Origin: Nibricoccus sp.
Lineage (GTDB): Bacteria > Verrucomicrobiota > Verrucomicrobiia > Opitutales > Opitutaceae
Direction of reading: 5' to 3'
NCBI GenBank assembly: GCA_047602425.1
Contig: JASGHG010000001.1
Span: 192,001-256,000 of the forward strand
DNA length: 64,000 bases
The translations under genes and the position numbers were made by a program. Each line of letters starts with the position of its first letter. The stretch's first letter is position 1. Below the pieces are notes generated by a model. The model was not told where the DNA came from. It did not search any database and saw only the letters and a program-made list of their open reading frames with translations. Shown piece after piece: positions 38,330-47,355 of this stretch.

Positions 38330-40757
38330 GAGGAACTGTCTTCTCTGGAACCAGCATGGCGGCCGACTTGCGGTAAACTTTCACGGCGCACTTTTTGTAG
38401 TCTGGTTCTTTGGAGATCGGACATGGTTCACCCAGAGTGACGTCGTTGATCAGCAGGCGCTCATCGAAGAACGGCACAAACACCGTGCCGCGCGGCGGCT
38501 TGGCGCGGCCATTGATCCAGACGGGCAATTCGATCTTGCCGCGACGCGATTCGATCACGGCCATGTCGCCGTTTCCGAGTCCGGCGGCAGCAGCGTCCTG
38601 TGGGTTCATTTCCACATAGGCGTTGGGCATGGCGTTGCGCAACTGGGGCACGCGCATCGTCAACGTGCCGGTGTGCCAATGTTCAAGTACGCGCCCGGTG
38701 CAAAGCCACGTTGGGAAATTCGGATCGGGTTCTTCCGCAGCCGGCTCATAGGGACAAAACCAAATGAGCGCTTTGTCGTCCTTGGTCACCGAATGATAGA
38801 ATTGGATTCCCTTGCCCTTGGCCACAAAGGGGTCGGTCCCTTCGGTGAAACGGAACTTGGTTTCATTCCACGAACCATCCGCCCCCTGCACCACCGGCCA
38901 GCGCAAACCGCGGGCCTTCGCGAGCACGTCGTACGGCGCAAGATGCTTGTGCTTGTAGAAGGAGAAAAGACGGTATTCCTCGTAGAGCGCCTTGTCGACG
39001 TTCACGTCGTAGTAGTGCGAAAAATCCCAAGCCGGCACTTCCGCGCCTTTATCATCTTTGACGGTGAAGATAAAATTGCCGTCGCGATCCTTCATGCCGG
39101 GATGGCCCAGTTCGAAGAGTCGGCGCGCCACCGCGATCGTGATCCACGCATCGGGACGGGCCTGGCCGGGAGGTTCAACCTGTTTGAACCATTGCTGCGT
39201 GCGGCGTTCCGAATTTCCGTAGATGCCGTTTTTTTCCACCCACAGCGCGGCCGGCAAAACGAGATCGGCCAGTTCGGTCGTCGCCGTCGGATAGACTTCC
39301 GAAACGATGAGAAATTTGTCCTCCAAGCCCTGCTTCGCTTTAAAAAGTTTGTGGAGATTCGGGAGCGATTGCCCGGGATTTGTCACCTGAACGATGACCG
39401 TATGGATGTCGCCGCCTTTGTCGGTCGGCGTGCAGAATTTTTCGAACAATTGCACCGTATGATAACCGGGCTTCGGATTGATGCGGCCTTCCGGAAGTTT
39501 CCAGATTTCCTCCGATTCCTTGCGGTGCTCCGCGTTGGCAACAAGACGTCCGCCGGGAAGAAAATGGCACATCGTGCCCACTTCGCGCGCCGTACCGCAG
39601 GCAGACGGTTGCCCCGTGAGCGATGTCGGGGCGTCGCCCGGCCGGCCAAAATGGCCGCTGAGCAAATGAATCGAGTGTACCAGGCGGTTGATCGCCGTGC
39701 CCCGCGTATGCTGGTTCATGCCCATGCACCAAAGGCTGGTGATGCGAATGTCGCGCCTGGCGAAAAGTTCGCCCAACATGCGAATCTTCGCGGCGGAAAC
39801 GCCGGAAATTTTTTCCACAAACTCCGGCGTGTATTCCTCGACCGCCTTCCGATATTCGTCGAACGAAATTGGCTTGCCGAGCAGATCGAGCGGTTTGTTG
39901 TCGCCGCGGAAATTGCAGTATTTTTCGACAAAGGCTTTGTCCCACGCGTCGTTTTTCAGGAGCAGGTGCGCAATGCCATTCGCGATCGCCATGTCACTCT
40001 GCGGACGAAATTCCAGGTACTCGTCTGCAAACTCCGTCGAGCGCGTGCGTCGCGTGCCGATATCGATGATTTGTACCTTCTGCCCTCTGGTTAGGCGATC
40101 GATGATGCGTGAAAACAACACCGGATGCATCTCGGCTGGATTGTTGCCCCACAGAATGATCACGTCCGCCGCATCGAGGTCGTCGTAACAACCGGCCGGT
40201 TCATCCACGCCGTAAACCGAAAGATAACCCGTGACCGCCGAAGCCATGCAAAGGCGCGCATTTGGTTCAATATGATTGTTAGCCAAGCCACCCTTCATGA
40301 ATTTCTGCGCCGCATAACCCTCCGGAATCGTCCACTGGCCGCTGCCGTAAAAGGCGAAGCCTTTCGGATCCTTCAGCACGCGTTTCGCGATGGTGTCGAT
40401 GGCCTCCTCCCACGAAATTGGCTCTAGCTGACCGTTGCGGCGCAACATCGGCGTGGTCAGGCGATCTTTGCCGTAAAGGATGCCACCGACGTGGTAGCCC
40501 TTCACGCAGAGAAGGCCCTTGTTCACCTCCGCGAGCTGCTCGCCCTGAATTGCGACAACACGACCGTCCTTCACGCCTACGCGCACGTGGCAGCCCGTGC
40601 CGCAGAAACGGCAAGGGGCCTTGTCCCACTTGATCCCATCGGGCGTAGTGGTAGCGGGAGCGGAAATACTTTCAACAGCGCCGAGACGCTGGGCGATCAC
40701 CGCGGTGGCGGCGGCCATGGCGGTGTTACGAAGAAATTCGCGTCGATCCATATTCAT
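38322..40757 (-). CDS. napA: Periplasmic nitrate reductase catalytic subunit
   Basis: RREFL Tat signal, WDKAPCRFCGTGC, GSGQWT, NARLCMASAV, SLTGQPSACGTAREVG, ISKEPDYKKCAV. Confidence 0.95.
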   Translation of the reverse strand: MNMDRREFLRNTAMAAATAVIAQRLGAVESISAPATTTPDGIKWDKAPCRFCGTGCHVRVGVKDGRVVAIQGEQLAEVNKGLLCVKGYHVGGILYGKDRLTTPMLRRNGQLEPISWEEAIDTIAKRVLKDPKGFAFYGSGQWTIPEGYAAQKFMKGGLANNHIEPNARLCMASAVTGYLSVYGVDEPAGCYDDLDAADVIILWGNNPAEMHPVLFSRIIDRLTRGQKVQIIDIGTRRTRSTEFADEYLEFRPQSDMAIANGIAHLLLKNDAWDKAFVEKYCNFRGDNKPLDLLGKPISFDEYRKAVEEYTPEFVEKISGVSAAKIRMLGELFARRDIRITSLWCMGMNQHTRGTAINRLVHSIHLLSGHFGRPGDAPTSLTGQPSACGTAREVGTMCHFLPGGRLVANAEHRKESEEIWKLPEGRINPKPGYHTVQLFEKFCTPTDKGGDIHTVIVQVTNPGQSLPNLHKLFKAKQGLEDKFLIVSEVYPTATTELADLVLPAALWVEKNGIYGNSERRTQQWFKQVEPPGQARPDAWITIAVARRLFELGHPGMKDRDGNFIFTVKDDKGAEVPAWDFSHYYDVNVDKALYEEYRLFSFYKHKHLAPYDVLAKARGLRWPVVQGADGSWNETKFRFTEGTDPFVAKGKGIQFYHSVTKDDKALIWFCPYEPAAEEPDPNFPTWLCTGRVLEHWHTGTLTMRVPQLRNAMPNAYVEMNPQDAAAAGLGNGDMAVIESRRGKIELPVWINGRAKPPRGTVFVPFFDERLLINDVTLGEPCPISKEPDYKKCAVKVYRKSAAMLVPEKTVPHG

Positions 40758-41059
40758 TTTAAAGGGGTCTCTTGAGAAAAATCTCCAGAACATGTTTCCG
40801 CCGCTGCCTCCGGGACAACCTCAACAAAGGTCACATCGACAAAGGCCACACCCGGCAGCGTTTCCAGCCAGGCATGCACTTCGCGAGGGGAACCAGTTTC
40901 AACCACCACGGGCAGCCAGGGACCAAACGCTTCGCCGACCTCAATCTCCGGGCGTGATCGCAAAGCCTCATATACCTCCTCCTGCAATTGAAGCTCATCG
41001 CGCATACGGATCACCAAACTGACAACGACAGGGGTCTGGGGTGTTTCCAACGGGGTCAT
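40754..41059 (-). CDS. napD: NapD-like chaperone
   Basis: 101 aa ferredoxin-like pattern (SLVI...IEV...VVVET...LETLPGV); ATGA overlap with napA. Confidence 0.6.
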   Translation of the reverse strand: MTPLETPQTPVVVSLVIRMRDELQLQEEVYEALRSRPEIEVGEAFGPWLPVVVETGSPREVHAWLETLPGVAFVDVTFVEVVPEAAAETCSGDFSQETPLK

Positions 41060-41090
41060 GACACGACGGTGAATTGAAAAATCGCCCTAC

Positions 41091-41118
41091 TCAAGATTAA
41101 ACTACCGTTTTATCTTGA
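41091..41118. promoter_or_regulatory. 28-bp palindromic operator between the divergent nap and cytochrome-nrfCD operons
   Basis: TCAAGATTAAAC-TACC-GTTTTATCTTGA, 11/12 arm match. Confidence 0.65.
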
Positions 41119-41152
41119 TTTATTCGCCAAAGCTTTCGATGCTTTCCGCGCT

Positions 41153-41803
41153 TTGAAGGCCCCACGGATCATTCCTCCCCTACTGGTGCTTGCCGCTGCA
41201 TCCACCGCTCTAGCCTTGTGGCTCCGCGGAACGCCGCCGGCTCCCGCTCCTACTGCTGCCGCCCCTTCCTCCGGCGCGAGCGCCATCGTTCGTCATGCGG
41301 TGACGATCAAGCCCGGCCCCGCTACACCAGTCGTACTCACCAATGCGCTCAACCGCGCCGGCGACCCCGTTCCTGTTTCGTGCTCCACCTGCCATTCCAC
41401 GCGCACGCCAAATGTCGAACGTCGTTCCGCTGCCGAACTCACCGAGTTCCACCAAGGACTCGCTTACAAGCATGGCGATCTTTCCTGCCTTTCCTGTCAC
41501 AATTCCGCCAACTACGATACGCTGCGCAAAGCGGATGCCACGTCCATTCCCTACCCCAATGTCATGGAGCTTTGCGGCCAATGCCACGGCCCGCAGCTTC
41601 GCGATTACCGGGCCGGTGCACATGGCGGCATGAACGGCCATTGGGACCTGACCAAGGGTCCACGGGTACGAAACAACTGTGTCGATTGCCACGATCCCCA
41701 TGCTCCCGCCTATGCCCGCGTAAAACCGGTCTTCGCTCCGGTTGATCGTGGCGCACGCCAGCAAGAACAGCGCGCGGCCAAACATGAGCAAGCCCATGAG
41801 TGA
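41153..41803 (+). CDS. Membrane-anchored/periplasmic tetrahaem cytochrome c
   Basis: N-terminal hydrophobic segment; CSTCH, CLSCH, CGQCH, CVDCH; TTG start. Confidence 0.8.
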   Translation: MKAPRIIPPLLVLAAASTALALWLRGTPPAPAPTAAAPSSGASAIVRHAVTIKPGPATPVVLTNALNRAGDPVPVSCSTCHSTRTPNVERRSAAELTEFHQGLAYKHGDLSCLSCHNSANYDTLRKADATSIPYPNVMELCGQCHGPQLRDYRAGAHGGMNGHWDLTKGPRVRNNCVDCHDPHAPAYARVKPVFAPVDRGARQQEQRAAKHEQAHE

Positions 41804-42740
41804 GCAAAACCAATTCTCTTCGCCAAACAACGACGCTCCGGGAGGGATGTCCCGCCGCACCGCGTTGAAAATCGCCGGCGCGACACTCGGCGCCGCCGCC
41901 TTCGCCAAGGCCGTTGCTCCCATTACACAGTGGGCCGCCGACCAGTCGGTCGATGAGTTTCTCCAAAAACACTACCGCGAACTTTCGCCCGACGACATGG
42001 CCAGAGTCATCGAGCGTTTGGAGAAAGAAACCAAGGAAGATTACGGTGCGGACGTACACATTTCCGATCCCAAGCCCCAGCCCGGCGTCAAATTTGGCTA
42101 TGCGCTCAATTTGTCGATTTGCGTCGGTTGTCGTCGCTGTGCCGAGGCCTGCCACAAGGAAAACAATCACGACCGGCCTTCCGGCAACTCGTACATTCGC
42201 GTGCTCGAAATGCAAAAGGGCACCATCGACCTCGAACAGGGCAATGCCACTTACAAGCACGCCGTTCCCGACCCACAAAAATATTACATGCCCGTGCAGT
42301 GCCAGCAATGCGACAATCCTCCGTGTGTGCATGTCTGTCCGGTCGAAGCCACTTGGAAGGAAAAAGACGGCATCGTGGTCGTCGATTACAACTGGTGCAT
42401 CGGCTGCCGCTATTGCGAGGCCGCATGTCCTTATCACGCCCGGCGCTTCAATTGGACCAAGCCGCAGGTTCCGACCGAGGAGATCACGCCCGTGCAGGCC
42501 TATCTATCGAATCGCATGCGTCCTCAGGGGGTGATGGAGAAATGCACATTCTGTCTGCATCGCACGCGTGAAGGCCGGCTGCCCGCCTGTCTTGAGGCCT
42601 GCCCGACCGGCGCCCGCGTTTTTGGCAATCTTCTCGATCCGAATTCCGAAATTCGCTGGGTCCTCGCCAATAAGCGCGTCTTCGTTCTCAAGGAGGAACT
42701 CGGGACCAAGCCGAGCTTCTTCTACTTCTTCGACAAATAA
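41796..42740 (+). CDS. NrfC/DsrO-like 4x[4Fe-4S] protein (Tat-exported)
   Basis: SRRTALK; CVGCRRCAEAC, CQQCDNPPCVHVCP, CIGCRYCEAACP, EKCTFC...CLEACP; start 41784 or 41796. Confidence 0.85.
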   Translation: MSEQNQFSSPNNDAPGGMSRRTALKIAGATLGAAAFAKAVAPITQWAADQSVDEFLQKHYRELSPDDMARVIERLEKETKEDYGADVHISDPKPQPGVKFGYALNLSICVGCRRCAEACHKENNHDRPSGNSYIRVLEMQKGTIDLEQGNATYKHAVPDPQKYYMPVQCQQCDNPPCVHVCPVEATWKEKDGIVVVDYNWCIGCRYCEAACPYHARRFNWTKPQVPTEEITPVQAYLSNRMRPQGVMEKCTFCLHRTREGRLPACLEACPTGARVFGNLLDPNSEIRWVLANKRVFVLKEELGTKPSFFYFFDK

Positions 42741-42769
42741 ACCGCGCCGCTCCCCTTCCACCTCCGTTG

Positions 42770-44038
42770 ATGCCCGCCCAATCATCCATTTCCCGACCGC
42801 GTTTCGAACCCGATCCAACTCGCGGGCATTTCTCCAACTATGTCCGTTTCCTCTGGCGCGCAGTTGTGGACGCCACGGATGGAAACGGCTGGTTTTATGC
42901 GTGGATGACCTTGCTCTCCGCGGTTGCGCTCGTCGGCCTCAGTGCATGGGCCACACAAATCCGCCATGGCATGGCGGTCACCGCGATGACCGACCACGTT
43001 TCTTGGGGTCTCTACATCGCCAATTTTACCTTCATGGTCGGGCTTGCGGCTGGCGGTGTGATGATGGTTATACCCGCGTATCTCTATCACGACGACGAGA
43101 TGCACGACGTCGTCATCGTCGGTGAAATGCTCGCGATTGCCGCCATCGCCATGTGCATCGCCTTCGTCGTTGTCGACCTCGGCCGACCCGATCGTGCCTG
43201 GCATTTGATCCCTGGCATCGGTGTTTTCCACTGGCCGATGTCGATGCTCACTTGGGACGTACTCGTGCTTAACGGTTACCTCGTCATCAACCTGCATATC
43301 TGCGGCTACCTGCTTTATATGCGCTTTATCGGGCAGCGTCCCAACCCGCGCTGGTACGTGCCGTTTGTTTTCATCTCCATCGTCTGGGCGATCTCCATTC
43401 ACACCGTCACCGCGTTTCTCTACTGTGGTCTTGGCGGCCGGCCATTTTGGAACACCGCGCTTCTCGCGCCGCGCTTTCTCGCCTCCGCTTTCGTCTCCGG
43501 CCCGGCCTTTATCATCGTCGGTCTGCAAATTCTCCGCCGTGTCGCCAACGTCCGGATCGGCGACCGCCCGCTGTCTATTTTGACCAACATCATGCGGGTC
43601 ACGATCCTCATCAACCTGCTCATGGTCGCTTCCGAAGTGTTCACCGAATTTTACAGCGGCACGAGCCACACCTCTGCGGCACGGTATCTTTATTTCGGGC
43701 TGCACGGCGCCCACGGGCTGGTGCCTTGGATCTGGACGTCGGTTGTGTTCGGTGTCGTTTCCGCGATTTTGCTGCTGCGGCCCGGCGTGGTTGCCCACAA
43801 AACCCAACTCACGATTGCCTGCGTGTTGTCGTTTGTCGCTGTTTGGATCGAAAAAGGCATGGGCCTGATCATCCCCGGCTTCATTCCATCGACGTTGCAC
43901 GAGATCGTCGAATATTCGCCCAGTCTCGTCGAATGGCAGATCATGGCCGGCATCTGGGCCATGGGCCTGCTCATCTACACAGTGGCGTTGAAGATCGGTC
44001 TGCCGGTCTTGACGACACCCCATACTACCAAACACTGA
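42770..44038 (+). CDS. NrfD/PsrC-family quinol-interacting membrane subunit
   Basis: WGLYIANFTF, DLGRPDR, HTVTAFL, RPFWN, about 10 TM. Confidence 0.85.
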   Translation: MPAQSSISRPRFEPDPTRGHFSNYVRFLWRAVVDATDGNGWFYAWMTLLSAVALVGLSAWATQIRHGMAVTAMTDHVSWGLYIANFTFMVGLAAGGVMMVIPAYLYHDDEMHDVVIVGEMLAIAAIAMCIAFVVVDLGRPDRAWHLIPGIGVFHWPMSMLTWDVLVLNGYLVINLHICGYLLYMRFIGQRPNPRWYVPFVFISIVWAISIHTVTAFLYCGLGGRPFWNTALLAPRFLASAFVSGPAFIIVGLQILRRVANVRIGDRPLSILTNIMRVTILINLLMVASEVFTEFYSGTSHTSAARYLYFGLHGAHGLVPWIWTSVVFGVVSAILLLRPGVVAHKTQLTIACVLSFVAVWIEKGMGLIIPGFIPSTLHEIVEYSPSLVEWQIMAGIWAMGLLIYTVALKIGLPVLTTPHTTKH

Positions 44039-44045
44039 GCCCATC

Positions 44046-44459
44046 ATGCTTCGCTGTGGAAAAACCGCCCAGACCGCCATCGCCGCCATGAGCGCGCTTG
44101 CCGAACGCTATGACGCCGGCAAAACCGTCCTCAGCTCGCTCGACATCGCCAAAGACCGCAACCTTCCCCAACCGCTTATCGCGAAACTGCTCACCACGCT
44201 CTCCACCGGCGGACTCGTCGATGGTACCCGCGGCCCTGGCGGTGGCTACTGGCTTGCCAAAGCGCCTTCCCGCATTTCCCTCGCCGACATCGCCGAGCTT
44301 TTTGAAAAAGAGTCCGAGGGGATCATGTGCCCGTTCGGCCCCGATTGGTGCGGCAAGGGCGAGCCCTGTCCGCTTCACAACGAACTCGTCGCCATGAACG
44401 AGCAGTGGGAAACCTTCATGCGTAAAACCACGCTGGCCGTCTTTTCGGCAAAAAAATAG
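44046..44459 (+). CDS. Rrf2 family transcriptional regulator with three Cys
   Basis: GLVDGTRGPGGGYWLA, ISLADI, CPFGPDWCGKGEPCPLH. Confidence 0.9.
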   Translation: MLRCGKTAQTAIAAMSALAERYDAGKTVLSSLDIAKDRNLPQPLIAKLLTTLSTGGLVDGTRGPGGGYWLAKAPSRISLADIAELFEKESEGIMCPFGPDWCGKGEPCPLHNELVAMNEQWETFMRKTTLAVFSAKK

Positions 44460-44514
44460 CGCGGGCGGCGCAGGCAGTGTTGCCACATAAAGATAACCGC
44501 ATTCCGTCTCGCTC

Positions 44515-44751
44515 ATGCGCATCCTCTTTTTCGGACAACTTAAAACCATCACCGGTCAGCCGGAGATCCAGTTGTCCTTCGCCGCGGGAAACGCAGAAGA
44601 CCTGTGGCAGCGGCTACTCGCTTTACATCCCGGCCTCGCCACGGTCCGCAAACAGGTCCGACTCGCACAAAACGGCGAATTTGCCACAGCCTCCGCCCGT
44701 TTCTCCGACGCCGACGAGATTGCCCTGATTCCGCCTGTATCCGGAGGTTGA
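44515..44751 (+). CDS. moaD: Molybdopterin synthase sulfur carrier
   Basis: LFFGQLK; C-terminal IPPVSGG. Confidence 0.9.
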   Translation: MRILFFGQLKTITGQPEIQLSFAAGNAEDLWQRLLALHPGLATVRKQVRLAQNGEFATASARFSDADEIALIPPVSGG

Positions 44752-44753
44752 AT

Positions 44754-46376
44754 ATGGAGATCGATATCGCCATTTCCTCCGCCTGCCTCGATCAACACCC
44801 GCTGCTTTCCGACCGCGTAACCGACCAAACGGGCGCCGTCGCCGAGTTCAAGGGCTTGGTCCGTCGCGAGGAAGCAGGCCAACCGATCGCCGCACTTGAA
44901 TACGAGGCCTACCAACCGATGGCTGAAAATACAATGCGACGCATCGTCGAAGATCTCGGCAAAACTCATTCCTGCGACCGCGTCGTAATCGTCCATCGCG
45001 TCGGCATGGTGCCCGTGGGCGAAGCCGCGATTATCGTTCGCGTCTGCTCGAAACACCGCGCCGAGGCTTTCGCGCTACTGAGCAGTTTTATGGATCGGCT
45101 CAAACAGGACGTACCGATCTGGAAACTCCGCGGCGTGCCGGCAGAACAGAAAAACGACCCAGTCACCAGCAGCAAAAATCCGCCCGGCTTCAATGAAATC
45201 CTTGCCACCGTCGAAGCCGCCTGCAAACCGCTCGCGACGGAACGTGTTTCGCTCCAGCACGCGGTTGGTCGAATCCTCCGTGAGACCATAACCGCACCGG
45301 AGGACCAACCCGCCTTTGCTCGCTCTGCGGTCGATGGCATCGCTATACGGCTGGACGACTCGTCCGACACTTTCACCGTCGTCGGCGAAATTCGCGCCGG
45401 AGACTGGCATCCGCGCCAACTTCAACCCGGTGAAGCCGTGCGCATCTCCACCGGCGGCGCCCTGCCTTCCGAGGGACTTCAGGTCGTGATGATCGAAGAC
45501 GTTGAGTTTAATGGCAATCGTTGCCGGCTTCTGCGCCGAAACACCGATACCTACGTTCGCGCGCGCGGCGAGGATGTGAAATGCGGCGAAATGCTCCTCG
45601 CCCCCGGCAAGTCTCTCACTCCCGGGGCAATTTCGCTCCTCGCCGGAATCGGCGCCACCGAACCACTCGTCACCCGCACGATCCAAATCGTCCATTTCAC
45701 CACGGGCGACGAGATCGTTTCTCCCGAGCGCCAGCCAGGCCCCGGCCAGATTCGCGATTCCAATTCCCCGCTCGTTCATGCTTTCTTTGCGCAACCAGGT
45801 CTGTGCGCCAAACATCACCATTTGCCCGAAAAATTCAACGAGGCCAAAGCTACGCTCGCCCGGCACGCCACTGAAATTGCCGCCGCCGACATTCTGATTT
45901 TTTCCGGCGGAGCCAGCGTTGGGGCGCACGATCATACACCACAACTGCTCGCTGAACTCGGCTTCGAGCTGAAAATCCACGGTACCCGCCTGCGCCCGGG
46001 CAAACCCATGCTTTTTGCGACCTTCGGGCAGCGTCTCGCTTTTGGTCTGCCGGGCAATCCCCTCGCCCACTTCGTCGGCCTTTTTAGTTTCGTCCGCGCC
46101 GCTGTTGCCCGTCTCAGTGGCGTGGCGGCTCCCACCCTTCAGCACGCAACGCTCTCTTCCGCCCTGGCGGCCGGCGGCAATCCCCGTGAAACCCTCTGGC
46201 CCGCCTTGCTCACTCTCAGTCAAGGCAGCCTGACAGCCGAACCTCTCCGTTGGAGTAATTCCGGTGACCTGGCCGCCCTCTCGCGGGCCAATGGTTTAAT
46301 CCTCGTGCCACCTGGCACCGGCTTGCTCGAACGCCATTCCACAATTAACGTCCTGCCGTGTTCCTCGATCCTTTGA
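44754..46376 (+). CDS. moaE-moeA: MoaE-MoeA fusion (molybdopterin synthase catalytic subunit plus molybdotransferase)
   Basis: LEYEAYQPMA, HRVG, HRAEAF, LKQDVPIWK (MoaE); SAVDG, RISTGG, TGDEI, SGGASVG, PGKP, GLPGNP (MoeA). Confidence 0.85.
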   Translation: MEIDIAISSACLDQHPLLSDRVTDQTGAVAEFKGLVRREEAGQPIAALEYEAYQPMAENTMRRIVEDLGKTHSCDRVVIVHRVGMVPVGEAAIIVRVCSKHRAEAFALLSSFMDRLKQDVPIWKLRGVPAEQKNDPVTSSKNPPGFNEILATVEAACKPLATERVSLQHAVGRILRETITAPEDQPAFARSAVDGIAIRLDDSSDTFTVVGEIRAGDWHPRQLQPGEAVRISTGGALPSEGLQVVMIEDVEFNGNRCRLLRRNTDTYVRARGEDVKCGEMLLAPGKSLTPGAISLLAGIGATEPLVTRTIQIVHFTTGDEIVSPERQPGPGQIRDSNSPLVHAFFAQPGLCAKHHHLPEKFNEAKATLARHATEIAAADILIFSGGASVGAHDHTPQLLAELGFELKIHGTRLRPGKPMLFATFGQRLAFGLPGNPLAHFVGLFSFVRAAVARLSGVAAPTLQHATLSSALAAGGNPRETLWPALLTLSQGSLTAEPLRWSNSGDLAALSRANGLILVPPGTGLLERHSTINVLPCSSIL

Positions 46377-46846
46377 AAAGCAAGCGTCCCTCGTCCGCCC
46401 GCGCCAAACTTTCGCACCTCGACGCTGAGGGAAATGCGCGTATGGTCGCCGTCGGTGCGAAGCCTGTTCAACATCGCCTCGCCGTGGCGCAGGGACGCCT
46501 CGTTTGTTCCCCCGACACTTTGCGCCTCCTCAAACGCAAGGCCTTGCCCAAAGGCGACGTTCTCACCGTCGCGCAAATCGCCGGCGTCCAGGCCGCCAAG
46601 GCCACCGCGACCCTCATTCCGCTTTGCCATCCGCTGCCACTCAGTCACGTCGAAATTAATTTCACCGTTCGCCGCGCCAGCATCGAAATTATCTGCAAAG
46701 TCGAAACCCACGCGCAAACCGGCGTCGAAATGGAGGCACTCACCGGCGTCTCAGTCGCGGCCCTCACGCTCTACGATATGTGCAAGGCAGTAGACAAATC
46801 GATGTCGATCGACGACGTTCGCGTGGTTCAAAAGATCAAAAAATGA
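46358..46846 (+). CDS. moaC: Cyclic pyranopterin monophosphate synthase
   Basis: LSHLD, KGDVL, LIPLCHP, TGVEMEALT, LYDMCKAVDK. Confidence 0.95.
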   Translation: MFLDPLKSKRPSSARAKLSHLDAEGNARMVAVGAKPVQHRLAVAQGRLVCSPDTLRLLKRKALPKGDVLTVAQIAGVQAAKATATLIPLCHPLPLSHVEINFTVRRASIEIICKVETHAQTGVEMEALTGVSVAALTLYDMCKAVDKSMSIDDVRVVQKIKK

Positions 46847-47352
46847 AAATCGGACGCATCACTGTCAGCGATCGCGCTTCCGCCGGGATTTACACCGACC
46901 TTGGCGGTCCCGAGATCGAGCGCGTGCTCCGCGAGCACCTCGGCGAAGGTCACGAATTTGTGAACGTCGTCATTCCCGACGAAAAGGATCTCATCACCGA
47001 AAGATTGCGTCTTCTCTGCCGGCAGGATGGCTGTTCTCTCGTCGTCACGACCGGCGGCACCGGTGTCACACCGCGCGATGTTACGCCCGAGGCGACCCGC
47101 GCTGTATTGGACAAAGAACTACCGGGCTTCGGCGAAGCCATGCGCCTGGGAAATTTCGAGCAGGTCCCCACATCCATCCTCTCCCGCGCCACCGCCGGCA
47201 TCCGCGGCCAGTGCCTCATTATCAATCTCCCGGGCAAGCCCAAGGCCATTGGCGAATGCCTCACTTTGCTCATGCCCGCGATCCGCGAGGCACTTGCCCA
47301 TCTGCAAGGTCGCGATCCTCACGCAGCCGAACCTGCCGCCAAAACCAAGTAA
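46843..47352 (+). CDS. mogA: Molybdopterin adenylyltransferase
   Basis: TVSDRAS.G.Y.D.GGP, TTGGTG, RDVTPEAT, NLPGKPK. Confidence 0.9.
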   Translation: MKIGRITVSDRASAGIYTDLGGPEIERVLREHLGEGHEFVNVVIPDEKDLITERLRLLCRQDGCSLVVTTGGTGVTPRDVTPEATRAVLDKELPGFGEAMRLGNFEQVPTSILSRATAGIRGQCLIINLPGKPKAIGECLTLLMPAIREALAHLQGRDPHAAEPAAKTK

Positions 47353-47355
47353 ACC

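Noticed and set aside
38208..40094. 628-aa plus-strand ORF
   Set aside because: Antisense to napA; no recognisable features
41153..41803. Calling the cytochrome NrfA, NrfB or NapC
   Set aside because: No CxxCK motif, four haems rather than five, and haem spacing and N-terminus unlike NapC/NrfH
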